Shown here one piece after another: positions 17,363 to 29,835 of a DNA stretch of 32,194 nt. Origin of the DNA: Sandaracinaceae bacterium (GTDB taxonomy: Bacteria; Myxococcota_A; Polyangia; Polyangiales; Sandaracinaceae). The notes under the pieces were generated by a model, which searched no databases, was not told the origin of the DNA, and saw nothing but the letters and a program-made list of their open reading frames with translations. Made by a program: the position numbers and the translations under genes. The stretch is from NCBI GenBank assembly GCA_044220955.1, contig JBGAQA010000023.1, positions 36,228-68,421 on the forward strand. Direction: 5' to 3'. Numbering within the stretch: the first letter of the stretch is position 1; every line of letters starts with the position of its first letter.

Positions 17363-18292
17363 CTACTCGCTCGGGCCGATCCGCAGCCGCGGCGACTCGA
17401 TCGCGACGCGGCTCCCCGCGGGTACGCTCTGCGTCAAGAACACCGAGCCGCCGATCACGGCGCCGCGCCCGATCGTGGTGTCGCCTCCGAGCACGATCGC
17501 GTTCGCGTAGATCGTGACGTCGTCCTCGACCGTCGGGTGCCGCTTGGTCCCGCGCCGCACCGAGCCGTTCTCGTCCCGCGGCACCGTGAGCGCGCCGAGC
17601 GTGACGCCCTGGTAGAGGCGCACCCGGTCGCCGATCACCGTCGTCTCGCCGACGACGACGCCCGTGCCGTGATCGACGAAGAAGCTCGCGCCGATGCTCG
17701 CGCCTGGGTGGATGTCGACGCCCGTCCGCGTGTGCGCGTGCTCGCTCATGATGCGGGGCATCAGCGGTACGCCGAGCAGGTGCAGCTCGTGCGCGAGCCG
17801 ATGCACGGTGATCGCGTAGAGCCCGGGGTACGCGAGGATGATCTCGTCCACGCTGCCGGCCGCCGGGTCGCCCTCGAGCGCGGCCGCGACGTCGAGGACG
17901 AGCATCGCGCGGATACGCGGCAGCTCCGCCAGGAAGTCCGCGGCGACCTCGCGCCCGTGCTGACGGCACCTGGGTACGTCGAGCCGCGAGGCCGTCTCGT
18001 CCGCGTGACAGAGGCAGCACTCGATCTGGCGCTCGAGCTTCTCGCGCAGCATCGCGACGCGCTCACCCACGTGATACGCGAGGTTCTCTTCGTCGAGGTC
18101 GAGCTTGCCGGTGAAGCCGGGGTAGCAGAGCTCGACCAGGATCTCGATCACCGCGAGGATCTCGCGGCGGTCCGGGATGAAGCGCTTGCCGACGTGGTGC
18201 GCCGTGGGGTGCTTTCGGTAGTCGGCGAGGAGCGCGTCGACGACCGAGCGCAGCTCGCTCTTGGGCACGTTCGAGGGGCTGTCCTGGCTCAT
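17363..18292 (-). CDS. cysE: Serine O-acetyltransferase (CysE/EpsC type)
   Basis: GDPAA..DEIILAYPG...HRLAHEL...TGVDIHPGASIG..FFVDHGTGVVVGET..IG..V.LYQGVTLGA...KRHPTVED hexapeptide-repeat motifs. Confidence 0.93.
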   Translation of the reverse strand: MSQDSPSNVPKSELRSVVDALLADYRKHPTAHHVGKRFIPDRREILAVIEILVELCYPGFTGKLDLDEENLAYHVGERVAMLREKLERQIECCLCHADETASRLDVPRCRQHGREVAADFLAELPRIRAMLVLDVAAALEGDPAAGSVDEIILAYPGLYAITVHRLAHELHLLGVPLMPRIMSEHAHTRTGVDIHPGASIGASFFVDHGTGVVVGETTVIGDRVRLYQGVTLGALTVPRDENGSVRRGTKRHPTVEDDVTIYANAIVLGGDTTIGRGAVIGGSVFLTQSVPAGSRVAIESPRLRIGPSE

Positions 18293-18497
18293 GCGGCCGG
18301 GAGCATAGCCCCGCGCCGATCCCGGAGCAGGATCTCAGGGCAGCGTGATGCGTCCCGGCGCCATCATCGCGCCGTCCTGCGTGTGACAGCTGTTGCAGTC
18401 GCCGCTGCTGGCGGGCGTGATCATGTCGCGCCGCCGGCCGAGGCGCGACGTCTGGTCGCCCCATGGCCCGTCCTTCCCGGTCTGAGTCCTCGCACCC

Positions 18498-18515
18498 TGC
18501 GCAAGCGCTTGCACA
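18498..18515. promoter_or_regulatory. Palindromic candidate operator in the divergent cysE-lon region
   Basis: TGCGCAAGCGCTTGCACA, with a perfect 12-bp core GCAAGCGCTTGC. A second inverted repeat, GGTGAC-N9-GTCACC, lies at 18544-18564. Confidence 0.35.
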
Positions 18516-18578
18516 ATTCATGGCGCGCCCGCCGCAACGGACAGGTGACGTGACATCGGTCACCCTTATCGTGACGCC

Positions 18579-20951
<2,373 letters not shown>

Positions 20952-20957
20952 AGCGAG

Positions 20958-23657
20958 TCAGTTCGTGCTGCCGCTCGCGCCCGAGACGCCCGGAGTGCCG
21001 GAGGTCCCGAGCGAGGGACCGCCGCCACCACCCGAGCCGCCGCCGCCGGAGGTCGGGAACGTGTTGCCCGTCGCGCCGTACCCCGTCGTGCCCGCGGTGT
21101 AGACGGCGTACGAGACGCCGCCCGCGCCGCCGCCGCCGCCGCCGCCGTGGCCGCCGTTGCCGCCCGCGCCGCCGTAGCCGCCGTCGCCGGTGCAGAAGCT
21201 CGCGTTCGCGTTCGACTTGAGGCCGCCCGGCGCGCCCGCGCCGCCGACGCCGCCTGCGCCGCCGCGGCCACCGTTGCCGCCGACGCCGCCGAACCCGCGG
21301 TAGATCGTGTTGCCCATCAGCACCGGGTAGCTCGTCGTGCCGACGATGAAGATGCCGAACGAGCCGCCGCCCGCCGAGCCGCCGATGCCCTGCGAGCCCG
21401 CGCAGCCGCCCGAGCCGCCGCCGCCGCCCGTCGCGCCGAGGTCGTCCGTGCAACTGCCGCTCTGACCGTCGCCGCCGCCGCCCGAGCCGCCGCCGCCGCC
21501 GCCGCTGCCGTGGACGGCCGCACCGCCGGGCCCGCCCGAGCTGCCGACCCAGTCGGAGCCCGACACGCCGCCCGCGCCCGACGCCGCGCCCGCGCCCGAG
21601 CCGCCGTTGGAGCCCGTGGCGCCGGCCATCCCGTTGCCGCCGGTCATCGTGCCACCACCACCGAGGAAGCAGGTCAGGCACGACGACGACTGCTGCGTCT
21701 GCCCGTCGTACGCAGGTACGCCGCCGGAGCCGCCGCTCGGGCCCGCGCCCGAGCCGCCACCGCGCGAGCTGCCCACCACGACCAGCGACGAGAACAGCAT
21801 CGGGCACACGGCCGAGCCGCCGGAGCCGCCGCTCACCGACGTGCCGCCGCACGAGAGCGAGCCGCCCGCGCCTCCCAGGCTGCTGCTGCCGCAGCTCCCG
21901 GTCCCGGTGTCGAAAGCCATCGCGCCGCCCGCGCCCGCCGAGCCGCGCGCGCCGTCCGTGCCCGGCGTGCCCGGCGTGCCCGGCGCGCCGTCGCCCGCGT
22001 AGACGATGTTGTTGCGGATCTGCAGGCCGCTCGTCCCGCCCGACACGTAGACGGCGTACGAGTTCGCGCCGAGCGAGGTCGCGCTCGCGCCCACGATCAC
22101 GAAGCCCTCGAGCAGGCCGCTCGTGATGCCCGTCGCGGTGATCGTGCGCCGGTGGCCGGAGCCGGTCGTGCCGCGGATCGTCGTCAGCGTCGTCGTGAGG
22201 TGCCGCTCCCACGTGTCCGCGCGGTAGCCGCCCATCAGGCTCTGGCCCTGCACGAGCGTGAGGCTCTCGTTGTAGAGCGCGTCGGCGACCAGCACGCGCG
22301 AGCGACCCGACGCCGTCGCGCGGCCCTGGCCGTACGCGATCGTGCGGCACGGGTGGTTTCCCATCCCGCTCGCGACCGGTCCGAGCCCGCAGCTCGCGTC
22401 GTCCGCGGCGGCGGCGTCCTCGCCCGACACGTAGATGGCGCTCGGGTCGAGCGCGAACTCGCAGCCGTCGTCCGGGATGCCGTTGAGGTTGAAGGCGCCC
22501 GGCATGCAGTTCATCACGCACGTCGCGCGACCCGCCGCGACGCTGCACGTCCCGAACGAGCCCGGGTGCGCGTAGATCGTGGTGCAGTCGATCCCGCACG
22601 CGCCGCAGTCGGTGTCGGCGTCGTACACGCCGGCCGAGTCGACGAACGCGTCGTCGACGGTGCCGTTGCAGTCGTCGTCGACGTAGTTGCACGTCTCGGC
22701 GGCCGGGGTCGCGGAGACGGCGTTGCAGACGGCGCTCGCGTGGTCGGCCGAGCACACGACGGCGCCCGCGCGACGGCACGCGCCGAGGCCGACGGAGCAG
22801 GCGTTGTGGAGCGGGAAGCTCACCGTCGGGAAGAGCGGGTCGCCCATGAACGCGAAGCCCTCGTCGACGGGCCCGTCGCAGTCGTCGTCCTGGCCGTCGC
22901 ACGTCTCGGTCATCGCGCCGACCGCGACGATCGGATCGCAGGTGATCGCGCCCGCGGTGCACATCGTCATGCCCGCCGAGCACACGCCCGGCGCCGGGCT
23001 CGCGCAGAGGTTGCCGCCGCCGGGGTTGCCGTCGTCGGGCGTGCCGTCGCAGTCGTCGTCCGAGCCGTTGCACGCCTCGGGCGCGCCGAAGTAGACGGCC
23101 GGGTTGCCCTCGTCGCAGTCGGGGCCGCGGCACCCGACGCCGAAGCCGTAGTCGTCCTCGTCCGAGTCGATGCAGCAGCGCTCGCCGACCGGCGTGCAGA
23201 CCGGGCCGGGCAGCGGCGTGAGCACGCTGTTCAGGCAGTCGAAGCGGCGCGGGCACGTCGGCAGCTCGGTGTCGCAGCTCTGCAGACAGACGCGGTCTCC
23301 CGAGCTCGCGAGCTGCACGCAGAACGAGCCGGCACGGCAGTCCGCGTTCGTGGTGCAGGCGGTGCACATGAGGCCGGCGCCCCCGCCGACCGCGTCGACC
23401 ATGGTGTTCGTGTCCTGGGGCGGGTTCGTGTCGCGCGGCAGGTTCGCGTCGACGGGTCCCCCCGCGTCCATCCCGGCGTCGCCCGCGTCGGCGACCACGC
23501 CCGTGTCGGTCGTCGGACCGACGCCCGTGTCGCGGCGGCCCGCGGGACCGTTCTCGACGGTGCAGCCGGCCAGAGACGCGACGAGCGAGAGGAACGAGAG
23601 GAAGAAGAGGAGAAAGGTCGAAGTGCGCGCGATCCGCCCGAAGCCAGCGTGAGCCAT
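20958..23657 (-). CDS. Large Cys-rich surface lipoprotein with CNGxDDDCDG repeats, a beta-helix-like domain and a Gly-rich C-terminus
   Basis: ATG 23657 (MAHAGFG); lipobox LAGC; three E.C(N/D)..DDDC(D/N)G..D repeats (Pfam Cu-binding_MopE-like); IYVS...PCRTIAYG (DUF1565-like); long GGxGG tracts. The ORF-track extension to 24761 is antisense to the next gene. Confidence 0.85.
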   Translation of the reverse strand: MAHAGFGRIARTSTFLLFFLSFLSLVASLAGCTVENGPAGRRDTGVGPTTDTGVVADAGDAGMDAGGPVDANLPRDTNPPQDTNTMVDAVGGGAGLMCTACTTNADCRAGSFCVQLASSGDRVCLQSCDTELPTCPRRFDCLNSVLTPLPGPVCTPVGERCCIDSDEDDYGFGVGCRGPDCDEGNPAVYFGAPEACNGSDDDCDGTPDDGNPGGGNLCASPAPGVCSAGMTMCTAGAITCDPIVAVGAMTETCDGQDDDCDGPVDEGFAFMGDPLFPTVSFPLHNACSVGLGACRRAGAVVCSADHASAVCNAVSATPAAETCNYVDDDCNGTVDDAFVDSAGVYDADTDCGACGIDCTTIYAHPGSFGTCSVAAGRATCVMNCMPGAFNLNGIPDDGCEFALDPSAIYVSGEDAAAADDASCGLGPVASGMGNHPCRTIAYGQGRATASGRSRVLVADALYNESLTLVQGQSLMGGYRADTWERHLTTTLTTIRGTTGSGHRRTITATGITSGLLEGFVIVGASATSLGANSYAVYVSGGTSGLQIRNNIVYAGDGAPGTPGTPGTDGARGSAGAGGAMAFDTGTGSCGSSSLGGAGGSLSCGGTSVSGGSGGSAVCPMLFSSLVVVGSSRGGGSGAGPSGGSGGVPAYDGQTQQSSSCLTCFLGGGGTMTGGNGMAGATGSNGGSGAGAASGAGGVSGSDWVGSSGGPGGAAVHGSGGGGGGSGGGGDGQSGSCTDDLGATGGGGGSGGCAGSQGIGGSAGGGSFGIFIVGTTSYPVLMGNTIYRGFGGVGGNGGRGGAGGVGGAGAPGGLKSNANASFCTGDGGYGGAGGNGGHGGGGGGGAGGVSYAVYTAGTTGYGATGNTFPTSGGGGSGGGGGPSLGTSGTPGVSGASGSTN

Positions 23658-23825
23658 GGGTCGAACGTACCCCTCGCCGCCGGGGGTTGTCGATGGGGCG
23701 GGGCCCACCGGCAGCGGACGATCCGACCACGGGACGTCGAGCGCATGGCGCCGGGCGGATCCGTTGTATCTGCAACCAGGAAACCTGTACGATGGGCGCT
23801 TCGCTCTTTCGACCCGGAGGTTCCG

Positions 23826-25430
23826 ATGCCTGCTTCGACCAAGATGAGCTCGCGCCTGCTCTGTCTGCTGGCACTGGCGACGGCCGGCCTCGCGATCCCC
23901 GCGTGCAGCGACAACACGGTGCCGGTGATCCCCGACACGGGCACGACCGACGGCTCGGCGTCCGACGGAGGCGCGCGCGACAGCGCCGTCGACGTGGGCC
24001 CGCGGCCGGACATGGGTCCGATGCCCGACATGGGTCCGATGCCCGACATGGGTCCGATGCCCGACACCGGCGTGACCCCCGACATGGGCACGATGGACGA
24101 CGCGAACCTGCCGGATACGGGAACGGTGGACGACGCCGGCACGGACGCCGCCGTGGCCGACGACGCAGGCATGGACGCGTTCGTCCCGCCCGTCGACATG
24201 GGCACCGACGCCTTCGTCCCGCCCGTCGACATGGGCACCGACGCCTTCGTCCCGCCCGTCGACATGGGCACCGACGCCTTCGTCCCGCGTGACATGGGCA
24301 CCGACGCCTTCGTCGCGACGGACGCGTACGTGCCGGGCTGTGGCAACGGCATCCTCGACGCCGGCGAGCAGTGCGACGACGGCGACCGCTACAACCTCGA
24401 CGGGTGCGACTCGACCTGCCGATACGAGGTGGTGTCGCGCATCACGAACATCACCATCAGCCGGAGCATGGCGCCGGCGATGTGCGTGCACCGGACCAAC
24501 CGCTTCGGCATGGCCATCAACGCGCTCGCGGTCGGCACGCTGAACACCCAGCTCAACAACGGCATCAGCGCGGGCACGACGAACATCCTCATCCAGGCGC
24601 TCGGCGTCGACGACCTCACGGGCGTCGCGGACCCGATGCTCCAGCTCGGCATCGCGGGCGCCGTCTGCGATCCGGCGAGCGGCATGGCCTGCCCGCGCAC
24701 CGGCAACCCGCTCGACAGCTGGTACATCGTCGATCACGCGGGGCTCGACGCGATGGGCCACTCGACGTCCCTGATCACGGGCGCCATCGCGGCGCGCGCG
24801 CTCACCACGAGCGGTTCACCCACGGTGTCGTTCCCCTTCACGCTCGGGGCTTCGAGCCTGCTCCTGCAGATGAACAACGTGCACGTGATCGCCACGATCG
24901 GGAACGCCACGAGCCGACCGGCCCCGCCGCCAGCGTCGCTCCGCGCGGGCACGGTGGTGTTCGAGACGATCAACGGCACGGGCGCCTCGCAGGGCATCTG
25001 CGGGGACATCACCGTGGCGTCGCTCGCGCAGATCCCGGTGCCGACCGACCTCGCGATGGGCGGCGGGACGGCGTGCGGCGCGTGTGGCGGCGCGGGCGCG
25101 CGTCGGTACACGAGCTGCGGGACGGGCCCGGTCACCCCCGCGTGCAACTCGCTGCTCGACGTCTTCGTCGGTGGCTGCCAGGTGTCTCAGATCATCTGCG
25201 TGCAGGCGATCGCTCCGAGTCAGCCGGACGTGGCGGTCACGGGAGCGCCGCGCATGCTCACGCTCGACTCGGGCAACCACGTCATGGCCTCGCAGCTGGC
25301 GGGCAACACGGACGCGTACTCGGCGTTCTTCAACTTCTCCGCGAACCGCGTCCACATCACCAACGAGAGCTGTGCGACCGCGGCCGACTGCCAGACGGGC
25401 CAGGCCTGCACGGCGAACGTCTGCATGTGA
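23826..25430 (+). CDS. Cys-rich surface lipoprotein with a tandem-repeat linker and a myxococcal cysteine-rich repeat
   Basis: SD GGAGG at 23816-23820; signal peptide ending IPAC; CGNGILDAGEQCDDGDRYNLDGCDSTC; C-terminal CATAADCQTGQACTANVC. Confidence 0.85.
   Translation: MPASTKMSSRLLCLLALATAGLAIPACSDNTVPVIPDTGTTDGSASDGGARDSAVDVGPRPDMGPMPDMGPMPDMGPMPDTGVTPDMGTMDDANLPDTGTVDDAGTDAAVADDAGMDAFVPPVDMGTDAFVPPVDMGTDAFVPPVDMGTDAFVPRDMGTDAFVATDAYVPGCGNGILDAGEQCDDGDRYNLDGCDSTCRYEVVSRITNITISRSMAPAMCVHRTNRFGMAINALAVGTLNTQLNNGISAGTTNILIQALGVDDLTGVADPMLQLGIAGAVCDPASGMACPRTGNPLDSWYIVDHAGLDAMGHSTSLITGAIAARALTTSGSPTVSFPFTLGASSLLLQMNNVHVIATIGNATSRPAPPPASLRAGTVVFETINGTGASQGICGDITVASLAQIPVPTDLAMGGGTACGACGGAGARRYTSCGTGPVTPACNSLLDVFVGGCQVSQIICVQAIAPSQPDVAVTGAPRMLTLDSGNHVMASQLAGNTDAYSAFFNFSANRVHITNESCATAADCQTGQACTANVCM
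24009..24066 (+). repeat. 18-bp tandem repeat x3 encoding DMGPMP
   Basis: Three exact copies of GACATGGGTCCGATGCCC. Confidence 0.92.
24174..24314 (+). repeat. 33-bp tandem repeat, about 4 copies, encoding DAFVPPVDMGT
   Basis: GACGCCTTCGTCCCGCCCGTCGACATGGGCACC units at 24174 (one mismatch), 24207 and 24240, a 30-bp variant at 24273, and a partial copy at 24303. Confidence 0.92.
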
Positions 25431-25471
25431 TCGTCCGCTGATCGCCCCGGGGCGGGGCCCCGCCCCGAACC

Positions 25472-25514
25472 CGAGAGCCTCCGTCGCGCGCGCGCCGGGG
25501 GCTCTCGCGTTTCT
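25472..25514 (+). terminator. Putative intrinsic terminator
   Basis: Stem CGAGAGCCTCCG / CGGGGGCTCTCG (one G-U pair) followed by CGTTTCT, downstream of the 23826-25430 gene. Confidence 0.5.
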
Positions 25515-25537
25515 GCGCGGGGCGCTACCATCGGGCG

Positions 25538-27904
25538 GTGACGACACGTCCTCTGCTCGCCTCGCTCGCCCTCGGCCTCGGCTTGCTCGCCGCCGGCTGT
25601 GACTGTGCCGGACCGACGATGGGCGGGCCGACGTGCCGGAGCAGCTCCGAGTGCACCGGCGGCCGCGTCTGCCTCGACTCGCACTGCGTGGCGATGCCCG
25701 ACGCGGGATCCGCCGACGCGCGTCCGCTCGCAGACACGGGCGCCGACGCGAGCTGCCCCGCGCTCGTCTGCGGCGGCGAGTGCTGCGCGACGGGCGAGGT
25801 CTGCGTCGCATCGACGTGCTGCGCGCCCGATCACACGTGCGGCGGCGCGTGCTGCGGGGCCGATCAGGCGTGCGTCCTCGGCGCCTGCCGGCTCGTCTGC
25901 ACCGGCGGCGCGGCGGCGTGCGGCGAGGGTGCGGCGGCCACGTGCTGCAGCGCGGGCGACGTCTGCCTGAGCGGCGCGTGCACCACACCGGGCGCCGCGT
26001 GCGGCGGCGGCCTGCGCTGCCCCGACGACCAGTACTGCGAGCTCACGCTCGGGCGCTGCCTGCCGCGCGTGATGACGACGATGTGCACGTACACGCCGCC
26101 GCCCGGCACGTTCGACCCGTCGATCGAGTGGGCGTGGACGGGCGATGCCACGGTCGTCCCCACGCACGATCAGGTGATGATGGCGCCCGCGATCGCCAAC
26201 CTCACCGACGACAACGCCGACGGCGTGATCGACGAGCTCGACGTGCCCGACGTCGTCTTCAACACCTTCTCGAGCGCCGGCGTCTACTACAACGATGGCG
26301 TCCTGCGTGCGATCTCGGGGGACTCGGGCGCACGCATCTTCCCGACCGCGGCACCGACCTACCGCACGATGCCGGGGGCGAGCGTCGCGATCGCCGAGCT
26401 CGACGCGAGCTCGCCCGGCCCCGAGATCCTCACCTGCGCGCAGCGCATCTCGGGTGCGACCTGCTGCGACGGCGTGGTCGACGGGATGTTGATGCTCGCC
26501 GCCGACGGTACGCTGATCCGCCGCTTCCCGACCGTGCACTGCGGCTACTCGGCGCCCGCCGTCGCCGACATGGATCACGACGGCACGCCCGAGATCGCCG
26601 TCCGCTATCACGTGGTGCACGCCGACGGCACGGACGTGTTCAACGTCGCTGCGCGCGACGCGACGTCGCCCGCGGCGGGCGGCGACTTCGTCACGTTCGC
26701 GGACGTCGACGAGGACGGTCAGCTCGAGCTCGTGGGTGGCAACTCCGCGTGGAACGTCGACGGCACCGCCGTCTGGGAGCGCACCGACGTGCTCGACGGC
26801 TACCCGGCGGTCGCCGACATCGACATGGACGGGCGGCCCGAGGTCGTCGTCGTCGCCAGCGGCGACCACTCGCTGCGCGCGCTCAACGGCGAGGACGGCA
26901 CGAGCGTCTGGGGCCCCTTCGACGTGAACCAAGGTCACGCGACCGGCTCGCCCAGCGGCGGCGGACCGCCGACCATCGCCGACTTCGACGGCGACGGCCT
27001 GCCCGAGATCGCGGCGGCGGGCGGCTACGGCTACGTCGTCTTCGAGAACGACGGCGCGCCGCGCTGGTTCGTCGCGACGCGCGACCTCAGCTCGCGGGTC
27101 ACCGGCTCGAGCGTGTTCGACTTCGACGGCAACGGTGCCGCCGAGGTCGTCTACAACGACGAGCTCTTCCTGCGCGTCTACGACGGGAGCGACGGCTCCG
27201 TGCTGCTCGAGGAGTGCAGCACGACCGGGACGCTCTGGGAGTACCCGCTCATCGTGGACGTCGACGGCGACGAGCACGCCGAGATCATCATCGTCAGCAA
27301 CGACTACGGTGGGCAGCGCTGCATGGACGGATCGCCCGGCCGCCACGGCGTGCGCGCGTACGGCAGCGCCACCGCGAACTGGGTGCGGACCCGCCACGTC
27401 TGGAACCAGCACACTTATCACGTCACCAACGTGAGCGAGGACGCGACCATCCCGCTGACGGAGGCACGCAACTGGGAGACGACCGGCCTCAACGACTTCC
27501 GCCAGAACGTGCAGCCGGACGGCGCGCTGGCCGCGCCCGATCTCGTGATCCGCGACCTCGCGCTCGAGACGGCCACGTGCATGGTCGCGACGCGCATCTC
27601 GCTGCGCGTGGCGAACGTCGGCGAGGCCGGCGCGCCCGCGGGGATCCCGGTCGAGATCTTCGACATGGACCCCACCACGATGGCGCTCACCGCGATCGCC
27701 ACGACCACGACCACGCGCGCCCTCTTGCCGGGCGAGTCCGAGGTGCTCGAGGTGGACCTGCCCACGATCGCGCCGACGCCGGGCACGCCCTTCACGATCT
27801 GGGCGACCGTCAACTCGGGCCCCTCGCGCCTCACGACGCTGCACGAGTGCCGCGAGGGAGACGACACGACGCACGCCGATCTCTTCTGCCCGGACCTCGT
27901 ATGA
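25538..27904 (+). CDS. FG-GAP/VCBS repeat lipoprotein with Cys-rich N-terminal repeats and a C-terminal Ig-like (CARDB-like) domain
   Basis: Lipobox-like LAAGC; CC..G.VC repeats; multiple AD(M/I/F/V)DxDGxPE(I/V) Ca-binding blades; WNQHTYHVTNV; APDLVI...VANVG. Confidence 0.9.
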   Translation: MTTRPLLASLALGLGLLAAGCDCAGPTMGGPTCRSSSECTGGRVCLDSHCVAMPDAGSADARPLADTGADASCPALVCGGECCATGEVCVASTCCAPDHTCGGACCGADQACVLGACRLVCTGGAAACGEGAAATCCSAGDVCLSGACTTPGAACGGGLRCPDDQYCELTLGRCLPRVMTTMCTYTPPPGTFDPSIEWAWTGDATVVPTHDQVMMAPAIANLTDDNADGVIDELDVPDVVFNTFSSAGVYYNDGVLRAISGDSGARIFPTAAPTYRTMPGASVAIAELDASSPGPEILTCAQRISGATCCDGVVDGMLMLAADGTLIRRFPTVHCGYSAPAVADMDHDGTPEIAVRYHVVHADGTDVFNVAARDATSPAAGGDFVTFADVDEDGQLELVGGNSAWNVDGTAVWERTDVLDGYPAVADIDMDGRPEVVVVASGDHSLRALNGEDGTSVWGPFDVNQGHATGSPSGGGPPTIADFDGDGLPEIAAAGGYGYVVFENDGAPRWFVATRDLSSRVTGSSVFDFDGNGAAEVVYNDELFLRVYDGSDGSVLLEECSTTGTLWEYPLIVDVDGDEHAEIIIVSNDYGGQRCMDGSPGRHGVRAYGSATANWVRTRHVWNQHTYHVTNVSEDATIPLTEARNWETTGLNDFRQNVQPDGALAAPDLVIRDLALETATCMVATRISLRVANVGEAGAPAGIPVEIFDMDPTTMALTAIATTTTTRALLPGESEVLEVDLPTIAPTPGTPFTIWATVNSGPSRLTTLHECREGDDTTHADLFCPDLV

Positions 27905-29835
27905 GGGCGGGGCGCGCGCGCTGGACGGTCGCGGCGGGCGCGCTCCTGCTGGTCCTGGGCTGTCGCCGAGCGTGGACTCCGCCCGTGGATCTGGGGACGC
28001 CCGCGCCCCCCGAGATCCCGTGGCTCGCGTCAGGAGATCCCCCGGTCGCGCCGCCGGCGCTGACGCCCTGCCCTACGGGCTGGCACGAGACGACGGACGA
28101 GGACGGCATCCCGTTCTGCGACGCCTACGGGCCGAGTGGGCCCGACACGTGCGCCGACGACGAGGCGCACTTCCCGGGCGAGCCCGGCTGCAGGCGCATC
28201 GGACCGACCTGCGACGCGGTCGATCCCTTCCCGCAAGATCTGCCGACCGGACGCGTGATCGTGTACGTGCTCGCAGGCGAGCCCGCCAGGGGCGACGGAT
28301 CGCGCGATCACCCCTTCGGGTCGCTCACCGCGGCCATCCAGGCGGCGCCCGAGGGCGCCGTGGTGGCCGTCGGTCGCGGCGAGTACGACGAGGCGCCCAT
28401 CGTGACGCGCTCGATGGACATCGTCGGTGCGTGCGTCGCCGAGACGCTCATCGCGCCCACGCAGCCCCCGGGTCGTGCGCTCGTGATCCGCGGAGCGGGC
28501 GTGGAGGTATCCGTGTCGTCGCTCGGGTTCACCGGTGACGGGGGCGCCGTGGAGGTGATCGCGGGGGCGCACGCGACCGTGGACGACGTCGCCGTGCTCG
28601 GCGCAGCCGGATCGGCGATCTGGGTGGAGAGCCCGGGCAGCCGGTGCGTCGTGTCGGACCTCGTCGTACGGCCGCCTCCCGATCCGCGTCCGCTGTCGGG
28701 ACTCACGGTGGCCACCGGCGCGACGCTCGAGGCGCGGAGGGTGGTGCTCGACGGGGTCGCCGATGGCGCCGCGCTCTTCGTCAGCGGAGCGGGAGCCCGC
28801 GCGACCATCGAGGATCTCGCGGTGTCGGGCGCTGCTGGCGCCACCGTGGGCGCGACGGACGGCGGCTCGGTCACGTGCACGCGCGCCTGGCTCTCCGGCG
28901 GAACGTGCCTGTCGGCGGGAGCCGGAGCGAGCATGACGGCGACGGATGTCGTCGTCGTCGGCCCCGCCCAGGTCGACGCCGTGAACGTCTTCGACGCGAG
29001 CGCGGAGATCGCTCGCCTGCGCGCCGAGGGCACCGCCGGGATCGGCGTGTGGGGGGTCGACTCGGTCGTGCGCATCTCGGACATGCTCGTCCGGGATGGC
29101 CCTGCCGACCTCGTCCCCGTCGTGGTCGCCCGCGGAGCCGAGGCGACCCTCTCGCGATCGGCCGTGCTCCGCGTCTCGGGGGGCGCCGTGTGGGTCGGCA
29201 ACTCGGGCAGCTCGCTGACGCTGAGCGACCTGCGCGTGTCGGACGTCGTCGAGACCGACGACACCTTCGGCAACGGCCTCACGGTTCGCGACGGCGCTGC
29301 CCTCGTGCTCGATCGGGGGCTCATCGAGCGCTGCGTCTGGACGGGGATCTGGTGCCAGTCGATCGGGGCGCGCGTCGACGTGTCGGACGTGCTCGTCCGG
29401 GACGTCACGACCACCGAGTCGGGCACGCGCCTCGGCGCGGGGCTCGAGGGCTCCTCCTGCCGGGCGCACGTCGAGCGCTTCGTCGTCGAGCGCGTCGGAG
29501 GCGCAGGGATCCGCACCGCCGGGGGCGTGCTCCAGGCCTCCGACGTGGTCGTGCGCGACGTGGGCCCCGAGGTCTGCACCGACCCGGACTGGTGCCACGG
29601 CGGCGCGGGCATCGCCGCGACCGGTGGGGAGGTCGACGTCCACCGCTTCCGCATCGAGCGCGTCGCGCGTGCCGGCCTCGCGGCGACATCAACCCGCAAC
29701 AGCCTCTTCGCGGACGGGATGATCGGGAGCGCGCCGAGCGGGTTGCTCTCGTACGACCTGACGCTGCGGACCGAGCGGATCGAGCTCCTCGACGTGCCGG
29801 ACGTGTCGAGCCCGGGGTTCGTGAGTGGGTACTGA
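27901..29835 (+). CDS. Parallel beta-helix surface lipoprotein with a Pro/Cys-rich N-terminal module (paralog 1)
   Basis: ATGA overlap with the upstream gene; lipobox VLGC; CPTGW...C...EAHFPGEPGC; VYV...GDGS..HPF.SL..AI (DUF1565-like); repeated SD(L/V)xVRD beta-helix turns. Confidence 0.85.
   Translation: MRAGRARWTVAAGALLLVLGCRRAWTPPVDLGTPAPPEIPWLASGDPPVAPPALTPCPTGWHETTDEDGIPFCDAYGPSGPDTCADDEAHFPGEPGCRRIGPTCDAVDPFPQDLPTGRVIVYVLAGEPARGDGSRDHPFGSLTAAIQAAPEGAVVAVGRGEYDEAPIVTRSMDIVGACVAETLIAPTQPPGRALVIRGAGVEVSVSSLGFTGDGGAVEVIAGAHATVDDVAVLGAAGSAIWVESPGSRCVVSDLVVRPPPDPRPLSGLTVATGATLEARRVVLDGVADGAALFVSGAGARATIEDLAVSGAAGATVGATDGGSVTCTRAWLSGGTCLSAGAGASMTATDVVVVGPAQVDAVNVFDASAEIARLRAEGTAGIGVWGVDSVVRISDMLVRDGPADLVPVVVARGAEATLSRSAVLRVSGGAVWVGNSGSSLTLSDLRVSDVVETDDTFGNGLTVRDGAALVLDRGLIERCVWTGIWCQSIGARVDVSDVLVRDVTTTESGTRLGAGLEGSSCRAHVERFVVERVGGAGIRTAGGVLQASDVVVRDVGPEVCTDPDWCHGGAGIAATGGEVDVHRFRIERVARAGLAATSTRNSLFADGMIGSAPSGLLSYDLTLRTERIELLDVPDVSSPGFVSGY

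Noticed and set aside
18521..18536. Sigma-54 promoter upstream of lon (TGGCGCG-N4-CCGC)
   Set aside because: GG-N10-GC spacing fits but the -12 TTGC is missing, and such matches are frequent at this GC content.
22640..23090. MopE-like 'Cu-binding' repeats as part of copper supply to NosZ
   Set aside because: These repeats are common in myxobacterial surface proteins, Cu binding is not established for them, and the gene lies ~12 kb from the nos-associated genes.
21147..23825. Long N-terminal extensions of the 1427-aa (+) and 1267-aa (-) ORFs, suggesting overlapping giant genes
   Set aside because: Signal peptides and initiation signals place the real starts at 23826 (+) and 23657 (-). The extensions are each other's antisense frames.
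24174..24314. 33-bp repeats as a CRISPR array
   Set aside because: Repeats are contiguous with no unique spacers, are in frame within a CDS, and no cas genes are present.
25633..27900. N-terminal extension of the 1400-aa ORF, suggesting a fusion or programmed frameshift
   Set aside because: Arg-rich off-frame read-through of the FG-GAP gene. A proper lipoprotein start exists at ATG 27901 with an ATGA overlap.
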